Origin: Thermoproteota archaeon
GTDB taxonomy: Archaea; Korarchaeota; Korarchaeia; Korarchaeales; Korarchaeaceae
Length of the DNA stretch: 64,000 nt
Direction of reading: 5' to 3'
Assembly (NCBI GenBank): GCA_027491435.1
Contig: JAOZFG010000004.1
Location: 96,001 to 160,000 of the forward strand
Shown here: positions 16,502 to 27,056 of the stretch, one piece after another
How the letters are laid out: each line of letters starts with the position of its first letter
Position numbering within the stretch: the first letter of the stretch is position 1
Translations under genes and position numbers: made by a program
The notes under the pieces: model-generated
Seen by the model: only the letters and a program-made list of their open reading frames with translations
Databases searched by the model: none
Told to the model about the DNA's origin: nothing

Positions 16502-17716
16502 ATGGGCGGTACTTGGGAGATAATCACGGGCAACCACGCGGCAGCGATAGCCGCCAAGCTGGCCAGGGTTAAGGTAGTTCCGGCCTACCCTATAACTCCT
16601 CAGACCACCATAGTGGAGTACATAGCCTCCTTCATAGAGTCAGGCCAGATGGACGCTGAGTACATTAGAGTAGAGAGTGAACACAGCGCCATGGCCGCAG
16701 CCATAGGTGCTTCAGCAGCGGGGGTCAGGGCCTTCACGGCCACCGCCAGCCAAGGGCTTTTGTTGATGCACGAAGTAGTCCACTGGGCGGCTGGCTCTAG
16801 GCTACCTATAGGCATGGCAGTAGTAAACAGGGCGGTAGGTCCGCCTTGGAACATTCACGTGGATCATCAAGACTCCATGTCACAAAGGGATACTGGCTGG
16901 CTACAGATGTACGTTTCTTCGAATCAAGAGGTGCTGGACACCATACTGATGATGTTTAAGGTAGCTGAGAGCCCGGAGGTCCTGCTCCCCTTCATGGTCT
17001 GCTTGGACGGCTTCGTCTTAAGCCATACCTACATGCCCGTTAACATACCAGATCAAGAGGAAGTTGACGAGTTTCTCCCGCCCTACAAACCACCACACTG
17101 GTCTCTGGACCCAGAGAATCCAATAACCTTCGGCAATCTGGCCTTGCCCGATGAATATCAGGAGATGAGGTGGTCCATGGACATGGCCATGAGGAGAGCC
17201 CATGACGTCATAGAGAGGGTGGTCGAGGAGTTCAGGGAGAGGTTCGGCAGGTATCATGGCGGTGTAGTCTGGGAGTACAAGTTGGAAGACGCTGATTACG
17301 TGGTAATAGCCATGGGAACTTTGGCATCAGAGGCGGAAGTGGCCGTTGACGAGCTGAGGGATAGAGGAGTCAGGGTGGGCCTCCTCAAGGTGAGGTCCTT
17401 TAGGCCCTTCCCACACAAGGAAGTGCTTAAGGCTCTAGAAGATAAGAGAGGAGCTATAGTGATAGACAGGAGCATTGCCTTCAGCTCAGGAGGTCCTTTA
17501 GGCATAGAGGTAAAGGCCTCCATATACAACCAGCTTGATCTCCCCATCGTGAACTTCATCACTGGGCTGGGAGGGAGAGACGTAACATATCAGGACGTGG
17601 AGCAGATGGTTAGGGAATCCATGGACAGGATACTCTCTGACAGGGTGGACAGGCCCTACTATTGGTTCAAGCTGAAACCGGAGTTTGAGAAGGCGGAGAT
17701 TAGGGAGGGATACTGA
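16502..17716 (+). CDS. porA: Pyruvate/2-ketoisovalerate:ferredoxin oxidoreductase alpha subunit
   Basis: AYPITPQT, VESEHSAM, TATASQGL, NRA, DGFVLSH, GLGGRD. Substrate (Por versus Vor) is not resolved. Confidence 0.9.
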   Translation: MGGTWEIITGNHAAAIAAKLARVKVVPAYPITPQTTIVEYIASFIESGQMDAEYIRVESEHSAMAAAIGASAAGVRAFTATASQGLLLMHEVVHWAAGSRLPIGMAVVNRAVGPPWNIHVDHQDSMSQRDTGWLQMYVSSNQEVLDTILMMFKVAESPEVLLPFMVCLDGFVLSHTYMPVNIPDQEEVDEFLPPYKPPHWSLDPENPITFGNLALPDEYQEMRWSMDMAMRRAHDVIERVVEEFRERFGRYHGGVVWEYKLEDADYVVIAMGTLASEAEVAVDELRDRGVRVGLLKVRSFRPFPHKEVLKALEDKRGAIVIDRSIAFSSGGPLGIEVKASIYNQLDLPIVNFITGLGGRDVTYQDVEQMVRESMDRILSDRVDRPYYWFKLKPEFEKAEIREGY

Positions 17717-18603
17717 TGCCTCTAACTATATACGACTTGATGAAAGAGAAGGGATCTTACCTGCCTGGGTCTGCCGCTTGTCCCGGATGTGGGGCGACCC
17801 TGGCCTTCAGGATAGCCTCCAGAGTTCTAGGCCCTAACACAGTTTACGTGGTCCCGGCCTCTTGCTTCAGCGTCATACAGTCCCCGTTCCCCAAAAGCGC
17901 TGTAGGGGCTCCCCTATACAACATAGCCTTCCCTGCTGCAGCGGCCACAGCCTCTGGTGTGTGGAGGGCTTTTAAAACCCTTAACAAGGAAGTAAACGTT
18001 GTAGTATGGGCTGGAGATGGTGGAACCGTTGATATAGGACTTCAGGCCCTATCAGGAGCGGCTGAGAGGGGTGAAAACATAATCTACGTGTGTTACGATA
18101 ACGAAGCCTACATGAACACTGGGATACAAAGGTCCGGAGCCACCCCGCCCTACGCACTTACTAAGACCACCCCCACAGGGAAAAGGGAACCCTCCAAGGA
18201 CATGCCCCTAATAGTGGCAGCTCACAGGGTTCCCTACGTAGCTACGGCCAGCGTTGGTTACCCGTTCGACTTGGCCAAGAAGTTTGAAAAGGCGAAGAGG
18301 ATAAAGGGGTTCAAATACATACACATATTCTCACCTTGCCCGCCCGGATGGGACTATCCGGTTGAAAAGACTGCAGAGATCGGCAAGCTGGCGGTTGACA
18401 CGTACTTCTGGCCCCTCTATGAGATAGAGAACGGGAAGCTCAAGATAACCCTGAAGCCAAGGAGGAAACCACTCAAGGAGTTTATCAGGCTCCAAGGAAG
18501 GTTTAGGAAGATGTCCGATGAGGAAATAGCCGAGCTGGAGAAAATGGTCGTGGAGAGGTGGAAGTTCCTGGAGCACCTGGAGAAGTCAGAGAGGATTTTC
18601 TAA
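17716..18603 (+). CDS. porB: Pyruvate/2-ketoisovalerate:ferredoxin oxidoreductase beta subunit
   Basis: ACPGCG, TPP motif GDGGTVDIG...YDNEAYMNTGIQRS, SPCPPGW. Confidence 0.9.
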   Translation: MPLTIYDLMKEKGSYLPGSAACPGCGATLAFRIASRVLGPNTVYVVPASCFSVIQSPFPKSAVGAPLYNIAFPAAAATASGVWRAFKTLNKEVNVVVWAGDGGTVDIGLQALSGAAERGENIIYVCYDNEAYMNTGIQRSGATPPYALTKTTPTGKREPSKDMPLIVAAHRVPYVATASVGYPFDLAKKFEKAKRIKGFKYIHIFSPCPPGWDYPVEKTAEIGKLAVDTYFWPLYEIENGKLKITLKPRRKPLKEFIRLQGRFRKMSDEEIAELEKMVVERWKFLEHLEKSERIF

Positions 18604-20391
18604 CCCCCTCACCCTCATTTTAACTCCCCACACTTCGAGTTCATCCCCTTCTTTAAGCGGGGTCTCTTCAATTTTTTCTCCATTTAGGAGGACGTCTACA
18701 CTTTCAGGCCTTAGGATCCACCCATCCTCTAACCTTATGAAGCTGAGGGCTCCCTCACCTTCAACTCCTAAGTCTACGGGAGTGACCAACATGGAATCGG
18801 TTATAGTAACGCCAAAGGGCTCTAGGAGAATTCCCTGAGCTACTTCCACATCTTCTCCCTTCGACTTAACCACAACCGAGACTATTAATCCTATAACGGC
18901 CGCTTCCATGAAGAAGCCTAAGAAGGTCATGAATATCACTTCCATGAGCAGGGATTCACTGTCAGGGGAGTTGACATCACTACCCTCTCTCAGAATCTTC
19001 TCGGCCAGCCAGACCAGGGGGTTAAACCACCTGGTTCTGTTCACGTATTGTTCGGCAGCGTTCAGCATTCTCTCCACGTGAGACGTCACCATAGCCTCCT
19101 TAGGTATGCCCAACCTGATCAAAAATTGGGCTACATCCTTTCCGGTGGCTTTATTCATGTAATAAACGAACTTGGCTAGCGTGTTCACCTTGGCCCTATC
19201 TTCCCTGACCTTGTGGAAGAATCTCTTGTAAATAGAAGGCCCCCCGTACTCCTTAGCGAGCCTGTATATGAGGGCCAGACTAGCTGAATAGTACAGGTAG
19301 GGATTATCCGGAAGCCCCCCGCCTTTCCAGGATACCACGAAGCTGTAATCGTTGACGTGTTTTTCGACGAACTTAACTGCATCCTCAAACTCCTTCTCTA
19401 CTTTACCGTCGAACCCCAAAGCATCTCTGACGATGATCCCGCTTAAGTACTGGGCAAGCCCCTCATGAGCCCATCTCAGGTCGATGGTAAGCCCGGAGTA
19501 CTGCATGTACTGGTGGAGGAGCTCATGTGTTAGCGTGTTGGGCAGCTCGGTGTAAACCATCCTGACTAACATCATGTTGAGGTTTACGACCCCAGGGGTT
19601 ATCACATCGGACGTGTACCTAGGACCTGTGTAGCCCAGGGTCAGTATGTCCCTCATGCTTCCCGGGACGAAGAATTTGACCTTAATGTTCAACTCGCTGT
19701 CGGCAGCGGTGTAGTCCATTATCTCATCAATCAAGGCCTTATAATACTTTGACACGTTTTCAGCTAGATCCTCATATCTTGGAGGGTACACTATCTCCAA
19801 ATTCCCAACTTTTTTCGTAAGAAACTTAGCTTTCTTGACTTTAAACGCTATTAGGACCCTCATCGTGTTGTTTTCAGCGCCATCCAAGTTGTAGGTGATG
19901 TACTTGAAGTCCTCTTTTTCGTTAAATGTGAAGTGAGGGGGCTCCACCTCCAAGTCTTTGAACTCCTTGGGAAGCTTAACGACTATCTCAGCGTCGTCTC
20001 CTCTACTAAACCCTATTTGCGTGGAGAAAAATACCCCGTTAGGCTCTATTATCAATGCTCCAAACCTGTAAGACCACCTCATTTCAAAGACCGTGTTGTC
20101 CTCGTACGCGAAGGTGAAGTTGGCGTAGAAGTAGTATTCCGTCTCATTTATGATCTTTTTATCAAATATTCTGCCTGAGAGGACCTTCAGCTTATATTCC
20201 CTGAACTTTGGAACCAGGAGCCAGCTCCTTCCGGCAGCCTTCCCCTCGAACTTTATGGTTATGTGGGTCCATCCAGTTTCTTCGACCTCATAAATGTAAG
20301 TATATTTTCCCCCGTCAGGCTCGGCCGTTGACGGGAGGACGTTCAGTAGCAGTAGTAGCGCTAAGATGACGGCCAGCCTTCTCATGCCCAT
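18586..20391 (-). CDS. Secreted/membrane-anchored gluzincin (M1/MA-like) metallopeptidase with C-terminal FHA-like domain
   Basis: Signal peptide; HELLH...WAHEGLAQY Zn motif; hydrophobic helix VIFMTFLGFFMEAAVIGLIVSVVV; tail LLNGEKIEETPLKEGDELEVWG. Confidence 0.75.
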   Translation of the reverse strand: MGMRRLAVILALLLLLNVLPSTAEPDGGKYTYIYEVEETGWTHITIKFEGKAAGRSWLLVPKFREYKLKVLSGRIFDKKIINETEYYFYANFTFAYEDNTVFEMRWSYRFGALIIEPNGVFFSTQIGFSRGDDAEIVVKLPKEFKDLEVEPPHFTFNEKEDFKYITYNLDGAENNTMRVLIAFKVKKAKFLTKKVGNLEIVYPPRYEDLAENVSKYYKALIDEIMDYTAADSELNIKVKFFVPGSMRDILTLGYTGPRYTSDVITPGVVNLNMMLVRMVYTELPNTLTHELLHQYMQYSGLTIDLRWAHEGLAQYLSGIIVRDALGFDGKVEKEFEDAVKFVEKHVNDYSFVVSWKGGGLPDNPYLYYSASLALIYRLAKEYGGPSIYKRFFHKVREDRAKVNTLAKFVYYMNKATGKDVAQFLIRLGIPKEAMVTSHVERMLNAAEQYVNRTRWFNPLVWLAEKILREGSDVNSPDSESLLMEVIFMTFLGFFMEAAVIGLIVSVVVKSKGEDVEVAQGILLEPFGVTITDSMLVTPVDLGVEGEGALSFIRLEDGWILRPESVDVLLNGEKIEETPLKEGDELEVWGVKMRVRGLENPL

Positions 20392-20512
20392 CCTCTATGG
20401 GGGACATAAACCCATTGAAAAATGTCACGTTGTCTGTTGTCCTTCAACATATTAGCACGCGACGCAATGCCAAAATCCTTTATTTTCTCAGGTGCTATGC
20501 CCGGGGAGCCTC

Positions 20513-21820
20513 ATGGAGATATTGCTTAAGGGGGCCAGGTATATAGTAACGCAGGATGATTACCGGAAGGTGTTGAGGAACAAGGATGTGCTGATAAAAG
20601 ATGGGCTTATAGAAAAGATAGGCGACGTCAAAGGGTCATTTGACGAGGTGATAGATGCTAGGAACTACCTTGTGCTTCCTGGCCTGATAAACACGCACAC
20701 CCACATACCAATGGGTCTGTTCAGGGGAGTGGCCGATGACATGGAACTGTTCTCTTGGTTAACCCAGAAGATATGGCCGATGGAATCTCACCTAAAGCCT
20801 TATCACATAAGAGCGGGCACAATGCTGGGCATCCTAGAGTTGCTGAAGACGGGTACTACGACGTTCTTTGACATGTATTTCTTTGAGGGGGTAATAGCCG
20901 AGGTTGTTCAGGAAATGGGAGTTAGAGGGGTACTGGCCCAGGCAGTGCTGGACTTCGAGACCATGGAAGGTGAGGACAGCCTTAAACTGGCCGATAAGTT
21001 CGTAAACGAGTGGAAAGGTAAGGATAGAGTGTTGCCCTGTTATGGCCCCCACGCCCTTTACACGGTCAGCAAGGAAAGGCTGGAATATGTGGTAAACAAG
21101 GCTAAAGAGCAAGAGGTGCCCGTACAAATGCACTTATCTGAAACGGAGAGGGAGGTTAAAGAGGTCAAGGAAAAGTACGGTAAAACTCCTACCGAAGTCA
21201 TAAGGGACCTTGGCCTACTGGACGTAAAAGCTGTCCTCGCTCATGGGGTATGGGTAAGCGAGGAGGAGATGGGGCTTTTGAAGGCAGACAACGTGCTAAT
21301 ATCGCATAACCCCATAAGCAACCTCAAGCTATCTTCTGGCATAGCTCCCATTCCTGAAATGTTGAGTAAGGGCGTTAAAGTTTCTCTGGGGACCGACGGG
21401 CCGGCTAGCAACAACACTCTAGACATGTTCGAGACCATGAAGGTTACGGCCCTGATCCACAAGGTGGCTAAGATGGACCCAACCGTTGTGAAGGCGCAAG
21501 AAGTGTTGGACATGGCTACTAAAGTACCTGGAGAATTCCTCCCATGGAAGGTGGGGTCGGTGAAGGAGGGATACGAGGCAGACCTCGTACTCTTAAACGT
21601 CAGGAGGCCTTGGTGGGTGCCCATTCACTCGCCCGTCTCCAATCTAGTGTACTCGGCCAGATCTCCAGACGTGGACTACGTTATAGTAAAGGGGAGGGTT
21701 TTAGTTAGACAGGGTAGGTACGAACTCGCTGACGAGAATAAGATACTGGAAGAGGCCGAAAAGGCAGCTCTGGATCTGCTAGATAGGTCTGGAGTGGAAT
21801 CAATGCTCAAGGAAAGCTAG
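20513..21820 (+). CDS. mtaD: 5'-methylthioadenosine/S-adenosylhomocysteine deaminase (amidohydrolase)
   Basis: PGLINTHTH, GPHALY, MHLSET, AHGV, HNPISNLKL.SG, LGTDGPASNN. Confidence 0.85.
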   Translation: MEILLKGARYIVTQDDYRKVLRNKDVLIKDGLIEKIGDVKGSFDEVIDARNYLVLPGLINTHTHIPMGLFRGVADDMELFSWLTQKIWPMESHLKPYHIRAGTMLGILELLKTGTTTFFDMYFFEGVIAEVVQEMGVRGVLAQAVLDFETMEGEDSLKLADKFVNEWKGKDRVLPCYGPHALYTVSKERLEYVVNKAKEQEVPVQMHLSETEREVKEVKEKYGKTPTEVIRDLGLLDVKAVLAHGVWVSEEEMGLLKADNVLISHNPISNLKLSSGIAPIPEMLSKGVKVSLGTDGPASNNTLDMFETMKVTALIHKVAKMDPTVVKAQEVLDMATKVPGEFLPWKVGSVKEGYEADLVLLNVRRPWWVPIHSPVSNLVYSARSPDVDYVIVKGRVLVRQGRYELADENKILEEAEKAALDLLDRSGVESMLKES

Positions 21821-22360
21821 TAACTCAACGTAACTCGGTCTAACAACCCTACAAGTTAAATCTAACTTTTCTACCAGCTCGATAGGGTTTTCCCCCTCTA
21901 TCTCTACGAACTCTCCGAGGCCCTGAACCCTGTCAAGGAATATCAGATCAGAGATCCCCTCAACCTGCACGATGGTTCTCCTCTTCCTAACTCTCAGCTT
22001 CTCAGAGAATCCAGCCAGCTCAAGGGATCTAATAACCTCCTCTTGGGAGGAACAGCCAGCATCTACCCCTATGGCCTTTAACGCCCTTACACAGTCTTCG
22101 CTTCTTAAGGCGCCCTCTATTTCCTCTCTCTCCTTGTGAACTCCCTGCCTTCTAGGCCCTTTATAAGTCACCAGAACCCTATTTCCCAAAATTCTCACCC
22201 TGAAGGCCTTATCCTCCAGCAGAAGGGAGCACTTGTCGTCGTCAAAGTAGATGTCCTCAGTCGCGAAGCTCACGGAGACCTTGTATCTCAGGCCAGATTC
22301 CCTTAATCGCTGTAAGAAGGCTACGTGACCTAATTTCAGCTTTATCTCCCTTTCCATCAT
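21800..22360 (-). CDS. CYTH-domain protein (class IV adenylate cyclase/triphosphatase family)
   Basis: EREIK (ExExK), DIYF, RVR, TYKGP, REEIE, KRR, LDRV.GLG.FVEIE, SYVEL; GGTGAT RBS before ATG 22360. Confidence 0.9.
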   Translation of the reverse strand: MMEREIKLKLGHVAFLQRLRESGLRYKVSVSFATEDIYFDDDKCSLLLEDKAFRVRILGNRVLVTYKGPRRQGVHKEREEIEGALRSEDCVRALKAIGVDAGCSSQEEVIRSLELAGFSEKLRVRKRRTIVQVEGISDLIFLDRVQGLGEFVEIEGENPIELVEKLDLTCRVVRPSYVELLAFLEH

Positions 22361-22395
22361 ATGATCACCGATTAGGGGTGGCGGCGGGGCCCGAT

Positions 22396-22483
22396 TGGTG
22401 CGGGGGGTGGGATTTGAACCCACGAACCCCTAAGGGAGCGGATCTTAAGTCCGCCGCCTTTGTCCTGGCTCGGCCACCCCCGC
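22396..22483 (-). tRNA. tRNA-Leu (anticodon TAA), CCA encoded
   Basis: Reverse complement GCGGGGGTGGCCGAGCCAGGACAAAGGCG GCGGA CTTAAGA TCCGC TCCCTTAGGGGTTC GTGGGTTCAAATCCCAC CCCCCGC ACCA; long variable arm. Confidence 0.96.
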
Positions 22484-22550
22484 TCACTTACAAGTATACG
22501 ACCTCTCTTTTTATATTTTCTCCACTTTGTTGGAGAAGGGGTGTGTTCCA

Positions 22551-22895
22551 TTGGACACTAAGGGAAAGCTGGTGTCATCCCCTATCGCTGTCACAGACGA
22601 CGAGGTGCTGGCTCTTGGCTTTGAGATGATAGGCATTCAAGCTAAGGTGATAAAGGGAAGGAGGGAATTGTTAAGGTTCTTCAGGGAGAACGAGGCCTCT
22701 CTACCCCATATAGTCTTCATTAATGAGAGTGTAGCCGAGCAAATTAGGGACTATAGGCAAGATCTCATCAGGAGGGGCAGAGTTACCCCTGTGTTCGCCA
22801 TAGTCCCCGACTTGGAGGGGTCCAGGGGCACCAGGTTGGAGGAGTTAAGAACTTTATTGGTTAAGGCCCTTGGGAGTGAGGAGTTGAAGATATAA
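22551..22895 (+). CDS. atpF: A/V-type ATP synthase subunit F
   Basis: IAVTDDEVLALGFEMIGI...IVFINE...P....VP...ALG pattern; first gene of the cluster; TTG start assumed. Confidence 0.75.
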   Translation: MDTKGKLVSSPIAVTDDEVLALGFEMIGIQAKVIKGRRELLRFFRENEASLPHIVFINESVAEQIRDYRQDLIRRGRVTPVFAIVPDLEGSRGTRLEELRTLLVKALGSEELKI

Positions 22896-22907
22896 GAGGT
22901 GGGGTGA

Positions 22908-23204
22908 ATGCCTCGACTTGTTGAAGTAATTATGGAAGCCGAGGAGGAAGCAAACAAGATTATTAAAGCTGCTGAGGAAGAAGCAAAAAGAATAATAGAA
23001 GAAGCGGAAGAGCAGGCAAAGAAAATTATAGAAGAAGCCAAGACGAAGCCCATAGAAGTGGCCCGGCTAGACAACGTAGACCAAGAGTTGAAGGAGCTAA
23101 TTAGGAAGGCTGAGCAGGAAGCTAAGGCTCTAAAAGAGGCGGTTGGGACTAAAATGGAGGAGCTAGTTGAGATGATAGTGGGGGAGGTGCTAAAGGTTGA
23201 GTGA
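22908..23204 (+). CDS. atpH: A/V-type ATP synthase subunit H (G-like stator)
   Basis: EAEEEANKIIKAAEEEAKRIIEEA coiled-coil repeats; position in the cluster. Confidence 0.75.
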   Translation: MPRLVEVIMEAEEEANKIIKAAEEEAKRIIEEAEEQAKKIIEEAKTKPIEVARLDNVDQELKELIRKAEQEAKALKEAVGTKMEELVEMIVGEVLKVE

Positions 23205-23844
23205 GAAGGTGGTATTGGATAAGGACTCCCAAGCCATTGTGGACGCTATCTTGAGAATTGCCAGGGATAGGGCTGAAGCCATAAGAAAGGAGGCCCAGAA
23301 GAGAGCCCAGGAAATCTTGGAAAAGGCTAAACTGGAGGCCGAGGAGATACTCAAATCCAGGAGGGAGAGGGCTGAGAAGGAGGTTAGGGAGGAATTATCC
23401 AGAAGGAGAAGCGCCGCTGAGGTAGAGGCAAACCAGATACTCCTGAGAACTAAAGCTGAGATAATAAACGAGCTGTTTGAGAAAGTCCGGGAGAGGTTAG
23501 AGGCTATAGCTGAGGGCAGAGATGAGAAGTGGAATTACAAGGATGTGCTAATAAGCCTGGCTTTAGAGGGAGCCAAGGCTTTAGGGGAGAAGGAAGTGGT
23601 CTTAATGGGAAGGGAGAAGGACAGGAAGCTGTTGGAAGAGGTGGCCAAGGAACTCTCATCCAAGGGAATAAGGGCCACTGTGGATGAGAGAGCAGTACCC
23701 ATACTGGGCGGCCTAGTGATCAGGGACGTTGCCGACACCAGGAGGTATTATAACACGTTTGACGGCAGGTTGAGGGCTTACAGGGAGGAGAAGGAGGTAG
23801 AACTCCTTAAGAAGCTGTTCCCGAAGGAGGAGACTGTCATCTAA
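23197..23844 (+). CDS. atpE: A/V-type ATP synthase subunit E
   Basis: N-terminal coiled coil; C-terminal ILGGLVI...YNTFDGRL. Confidence 0.88.
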   Translation: MSEKVVLDKDSQAIVDAILRIARDRAEAIRKEAQKRAQEILEKAKLEAEEILKSRRERAEKEVREELSRRRSAAEVEANQILLRTKAEIINELFEKVRERLEAIAEGRDEKWNYKDVLISLALEGAKALGEKEVVLMGREKDRKLLEEVAKELSSKGIRATVDERAVPILGGLVIRDVADTRRYYNTFDGRLRAYREEKEVELLKKLFPKEETVI

Positions 23845-23858
23845 TAGGAGGTGATGTC

Positions 23859-25643
23859 ATGTCAGAGTTAATGTTTGAAAAGGGGGTTATATCCCATATA
23901 AAGGGACCTGTGGTAATAGCTGAGGGCCTGAGGGGGGCTAAGATAAGGGAAGTGGTTCTGGTAGGCGAGGAGAGGCTAATAGGCGAGATAGTCAGGATAG
24001 AGGGGGACAGAGCCACCATACAGGTATATGAGCCCACCGGAGGTTTAAAAGCAGGAGAACCAGTAGAGAGGACTGGAGAGCCGCTGTCAGCCGAGCTAGG
24101 GCCTGGACTCCTGGGCCAGGTTCTGGACGGGTTGGGCAGGCCCTTGGAGGCCATCGCCGTTGAGGCCGGCGGCCCCTTCATAACCAGGGGTATAAAGGTG
24201 CCCACGCTCCCAAGGGACAAGAAGTGGCACTTCACCCCTGTTATCAAGAAGGGAGATGACCTGGAGCCAGGCGACGTAATAGGGACAGTTCCAGAGGGTG
24301 CCATAACTCACAAGGTTATGCTCCCGCCCAACTACGGCAGGGTTAAAGTTCTAGACGTCGTGCCGGAAGGAGACTACACCGTTGAGGAAGTAATAGCTAC
24401 TGTTGAGTACGCTGGAACGAAAGTAGACCTCAAAATGTACCACAAGTGGCCCGTTAGGAATCCTAGACCGTTTAACCTGAAGCTGGCCCCTGTAGAACTC
24501 TTGGTAACTGGTCAGAGGGTTATAGATACCTTCTTCCCGATAGTCAAGGGAGGTACCTCGGCAATACCAGGCGGCTTCGGCACAGGAAAGACGGTGACTT
24601 TACATCAGGTCTCGAAATGGGCAGACGCCGACGTCGTCGTCTACGTAGGATGTGGAGAGAGGGGCAACGAGATGACAGACTTGTTACACACCTTCCCCAA
24701 ACTGGTCGACCCTAAGACGGGCAAGCCCCTCCTTGAGAGGAGCGTCCTAATAGCTAACACAAGTAACATGCCCGTTCCGGCTAGGGAGGCCAGCATATTC
24801 ATAGGGGTGACCTACGCTGAGTACTTCAGGGATATGGGGCTACACGTGGTACTGACCGCCGACTCGACTTCTAGATGGGCCGAGGCCCTAAGGGAGCTGA
24901 GCTCAAGGCTTGAGGAGATACCTTCAGAGAGGGGGTTCCCAGCTTACCTCCCTGACTTCATAGCAAGCTTCTACGAGAGGGCCGGCAGAGTTTACGTTAA
25001 GGGAAGGAGGGACGAGGTGGGCTCGGTGGCCATAATAGGGGCGGTAAGCCCGTCAGGAGGCGACCTGAACGAGCCCGTCACTCAGCATACCATGAGATAC
25101 GTGGGCGCCTTCTGGGCGCTAGACAAGAACCTGGCGTTCAAGAGGCACTTCCCGGCCATAAACTGGTTAAGGAGCTTCTCTAAGTATACCGAAGGTTTAA
25201 GGGAATGGTGGATAAAGAACACAGGCCATGACATGATGGCCTACAGGGAGAAGGCCATGGACATACTTCAGAGAGCCTCCAGCTTGGAAGAGGTCGCCAG
25301 GGTCGTTGGAGAGGCCGCCTTGTCCGACGAAAACAGGTTGATATTGCTGGCGGCAGACCTGATAAAGGAGGGCTTCCTGGTTCAAAACGCCTACCATGAG
25401 GTAGACACCTACTGCTCTCCGAAGAAGCAGGCCCTTCTACTTAAGACCTTGGTGGAGTTCTATGAGAGGGCTAGGCCCATGATAGACGCGGGAGTTCCCA
25501 TATCCAGAATACACGAGATGAAATCACTGGGAACGCTCAGGAGGCTCAAGTTCATACCCGAGGAGGAGTTTGAGAAGGCCGTTGAGGAGGCTGTGGCCCA
25601 GCTAGAGAGTGAGATATCCTCCCTGATAGCCGAGGTGAGATAA
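23859..25643 (+). CDS. atpA: A/V-type ATP synthase subunit A
   Basis: [42 protein letters not shown]; no intein. Confidence 0.97.
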   Translation: MSELMFEKGVISHIKGPVVIAEGLRGAKIREVVLVGEERLIGEIVRIEGDRATIQVYEPTGGLKAGEPVERTGEPLSAELGPGLLGQVLDGLGRPLEAIAVEAGGPFITRGIKVPTLPRDKKWHFTPVIKKGDDLEPGDVIGTVPEGAITHKVMLPPNYGRVKVLDVVPEGDYTVEEVIATVEYAGTKVDLKMYHKWPVRNPRPFNLKLAPVELLVTGQRVIDTFFPIVKGGTSAIPGGFGTGKTVTLHQVSKWADADVVVYVGCGERGNEMTDLLHTFPKLVDPKTGKPLLERSVLIANTSNMPVPAREASIFIGVTYAEYFRDMGLHVVLTADSTSRWAEALRELSSRLEEIPSERGFPAYLPDFIASFYERAGRVYVKGRRDEVGSVAIIGAVSPSGGDLNEPVTQHTMRYVGAFWALDKNLAFKRHFPAINWLRSFSKYTEGLREWWIKNTGHDMMAYREKAMDILQRASSLEEVARVVGEAALSDENRLILLAADLIKEGFLVQNAYHEVDTYCSPKKQALLLKTLVEFYERARPMIDAGVPISRIHEMKSLGTLRRLKFIPEEEFEKAVEEAVAQLESEISSLIAEVR

Positions 25644-27046
25644 TGTCCATATACGGCATGACTTATAGGGGGATCGATCAGGTTAAGGGTCCCCTCGTCA
25701 TAATGAGGGGGGTCCCAGGGGTCGCCTACGAGGAGGTAGTTAGGATATTCTCCGAGGACGGAAGGGAGTGGATGGGACAAGTCCTAGAGGCTGGCAAGGA
25801 CAAGGTGGTTATACAGGTGCTTGGAGACACTGAAGGCCTCGAGTCCAACGCTATAGTGAAGTTCACTGGGTCCACGCTGAAGTTACCGGTCTCCGATGAA
25901 ATGCTAGGCAGGGTCTTTAACGGAGCAGGGGAGCCCATAGACGGCGGTCCACCGATCAGGGCTGAGGATTGGAGGGACATAAACGGGGCTCCCATAAACC
26001 CGGCTAAGAGGGACTACCCAGATGAGTTCGTCGAGACCGGTCTGTCAGCCATAGACGGAATGCTCAGCTTGGTCAGAGGGCAGAAGCTGCCCATATTCTC
26101 GGAAGCAGGTCTGCCTCACAACCACGTGGCCGCTCAGATAGCCAGACAGGCCATAGTGCCCGGCAAGTCTGAGAGGTTCGCTATAGTGTTCGCAGCTATA
26201 GGTCTGAAATACGACGACGTCCTCTTCTTTAGGAGACAGTTCGAGGAGTTTGGAGCTCTAAGCAGGTCAATACTCTTCCTAAACTTGGCTAACGATCCTG
26301 TCATAGAGAGGATAACCACTCCCAGGGTTGCCCTCACCGCAGCAGAGTACCTGGCCTTCGACCTGGGGATGGACGTTTTGGTCATAGTCACTGATATGAC
26401 CAACTACTGCGAGGCTTTAAGGGAGCTGAGCTCAGCCAGAGAGGAGGTTCCCAGCAGGAAGGGTTATCCCGGTTACATGTACAGCGACCTGGCCTCAATA
26501 TACGAGAGGGCTGGGAGAATAATCGGGAGGCCAGGCTCCATAACTTTCATGCCAATACTCACCATGCCCGGCGGAGACCTGACTCACCCAATACCCGACC
26601 TGACCGGTTACATAACAGAGGGTCAGATATTCTTGGATCTGGACCTCCACAACAGAGGGATTTATCCGCCAATAAACGTCCTTCCAAGCCTTAGCAGGCT
26701 AATGAAAGACGGTATAGGACCTGGGAAGACTAGAGAGGATCACAAAGAGGTATCCGATCAGCTTTACGCTGCCTACAGCCAGGGGAGCAAGGCTAGGGAG
26801 CTTGTTCAGATAGTGGGAGAGGCAGGCCTCAGCCCCAGGGAGAGGAGATACTTGGAGTTCGCCAGGAGGTTCGAGAGGGAGTTCGTGGCCCAGGGCTTCA
26901 AGGAGAGGAGGAACATAGAGGAGACTTTGGAGATAGCCTGGGATCTACTAGCAATGCTTCCTGAGTCCGAGCTCACCAGGATAAGCGACAAGACCTTGGA
27001 GAAGTACCACCCGCGCAGGAGGAGGGAAAGAGCAGTAGCGAGGTAA
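25643..27046 (+). CDS. atpB: A/V-type ATP synthase subunit B
   Basis: [53 protein letters not shown]. Confidence 0.97.
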   Translation: MSIYGMTYRGIDQVKGPLVIMRGVPGVAYEEVVRIFSEDGREWMGQVLEAGKDKVVIQVLGDTEGLESNAIVKFTGSTLKLPVSDEMLGRVFNGAGEPIDGGPPIRAEDWRDINGAPINPAKRDYPDEFVETGLSAIDGMLSLVRGQKLPIFSEAGLPHNHVAAQIARQAIVPGKSERFAIVFAAIGLKYDDVLFFRRQFEEFGALSRSILFLNLANDPVIERITTPRVALTAAEYLAFDLGMDVLVIVTDMTNYCEALRELSSAREEVPSRKGYPGYMYSDLASIYERAGRIIGRPGSITFMPILTMPGGDLTHPIPDLTGYITEGQIFLDLDLHNRGIYPPINVLPSLSRLMKDGIGPGKTREDHKEVSDQLYAAYSQGSKARELVQIVGEAGLSPRERRYLEFARRFEREFVAQGFKERRNIEETLEIAWDLLAMLPESELTRISDKTLEKYHPRRRRERAVAR

Positions 27047-27056
27047 GGGACCTATC

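Noticed and set aside
93-22483. Integrated element bounded by the tRNAs
   Set aside because: No integrase, no duplicated tRNA 3' end seen, and the flanking genes are housekeeping.
22930-23040. GAAGAAGC-like periodic repeats
   Set aside because: Coding coiled-coil repeats of ATPase subunit H.
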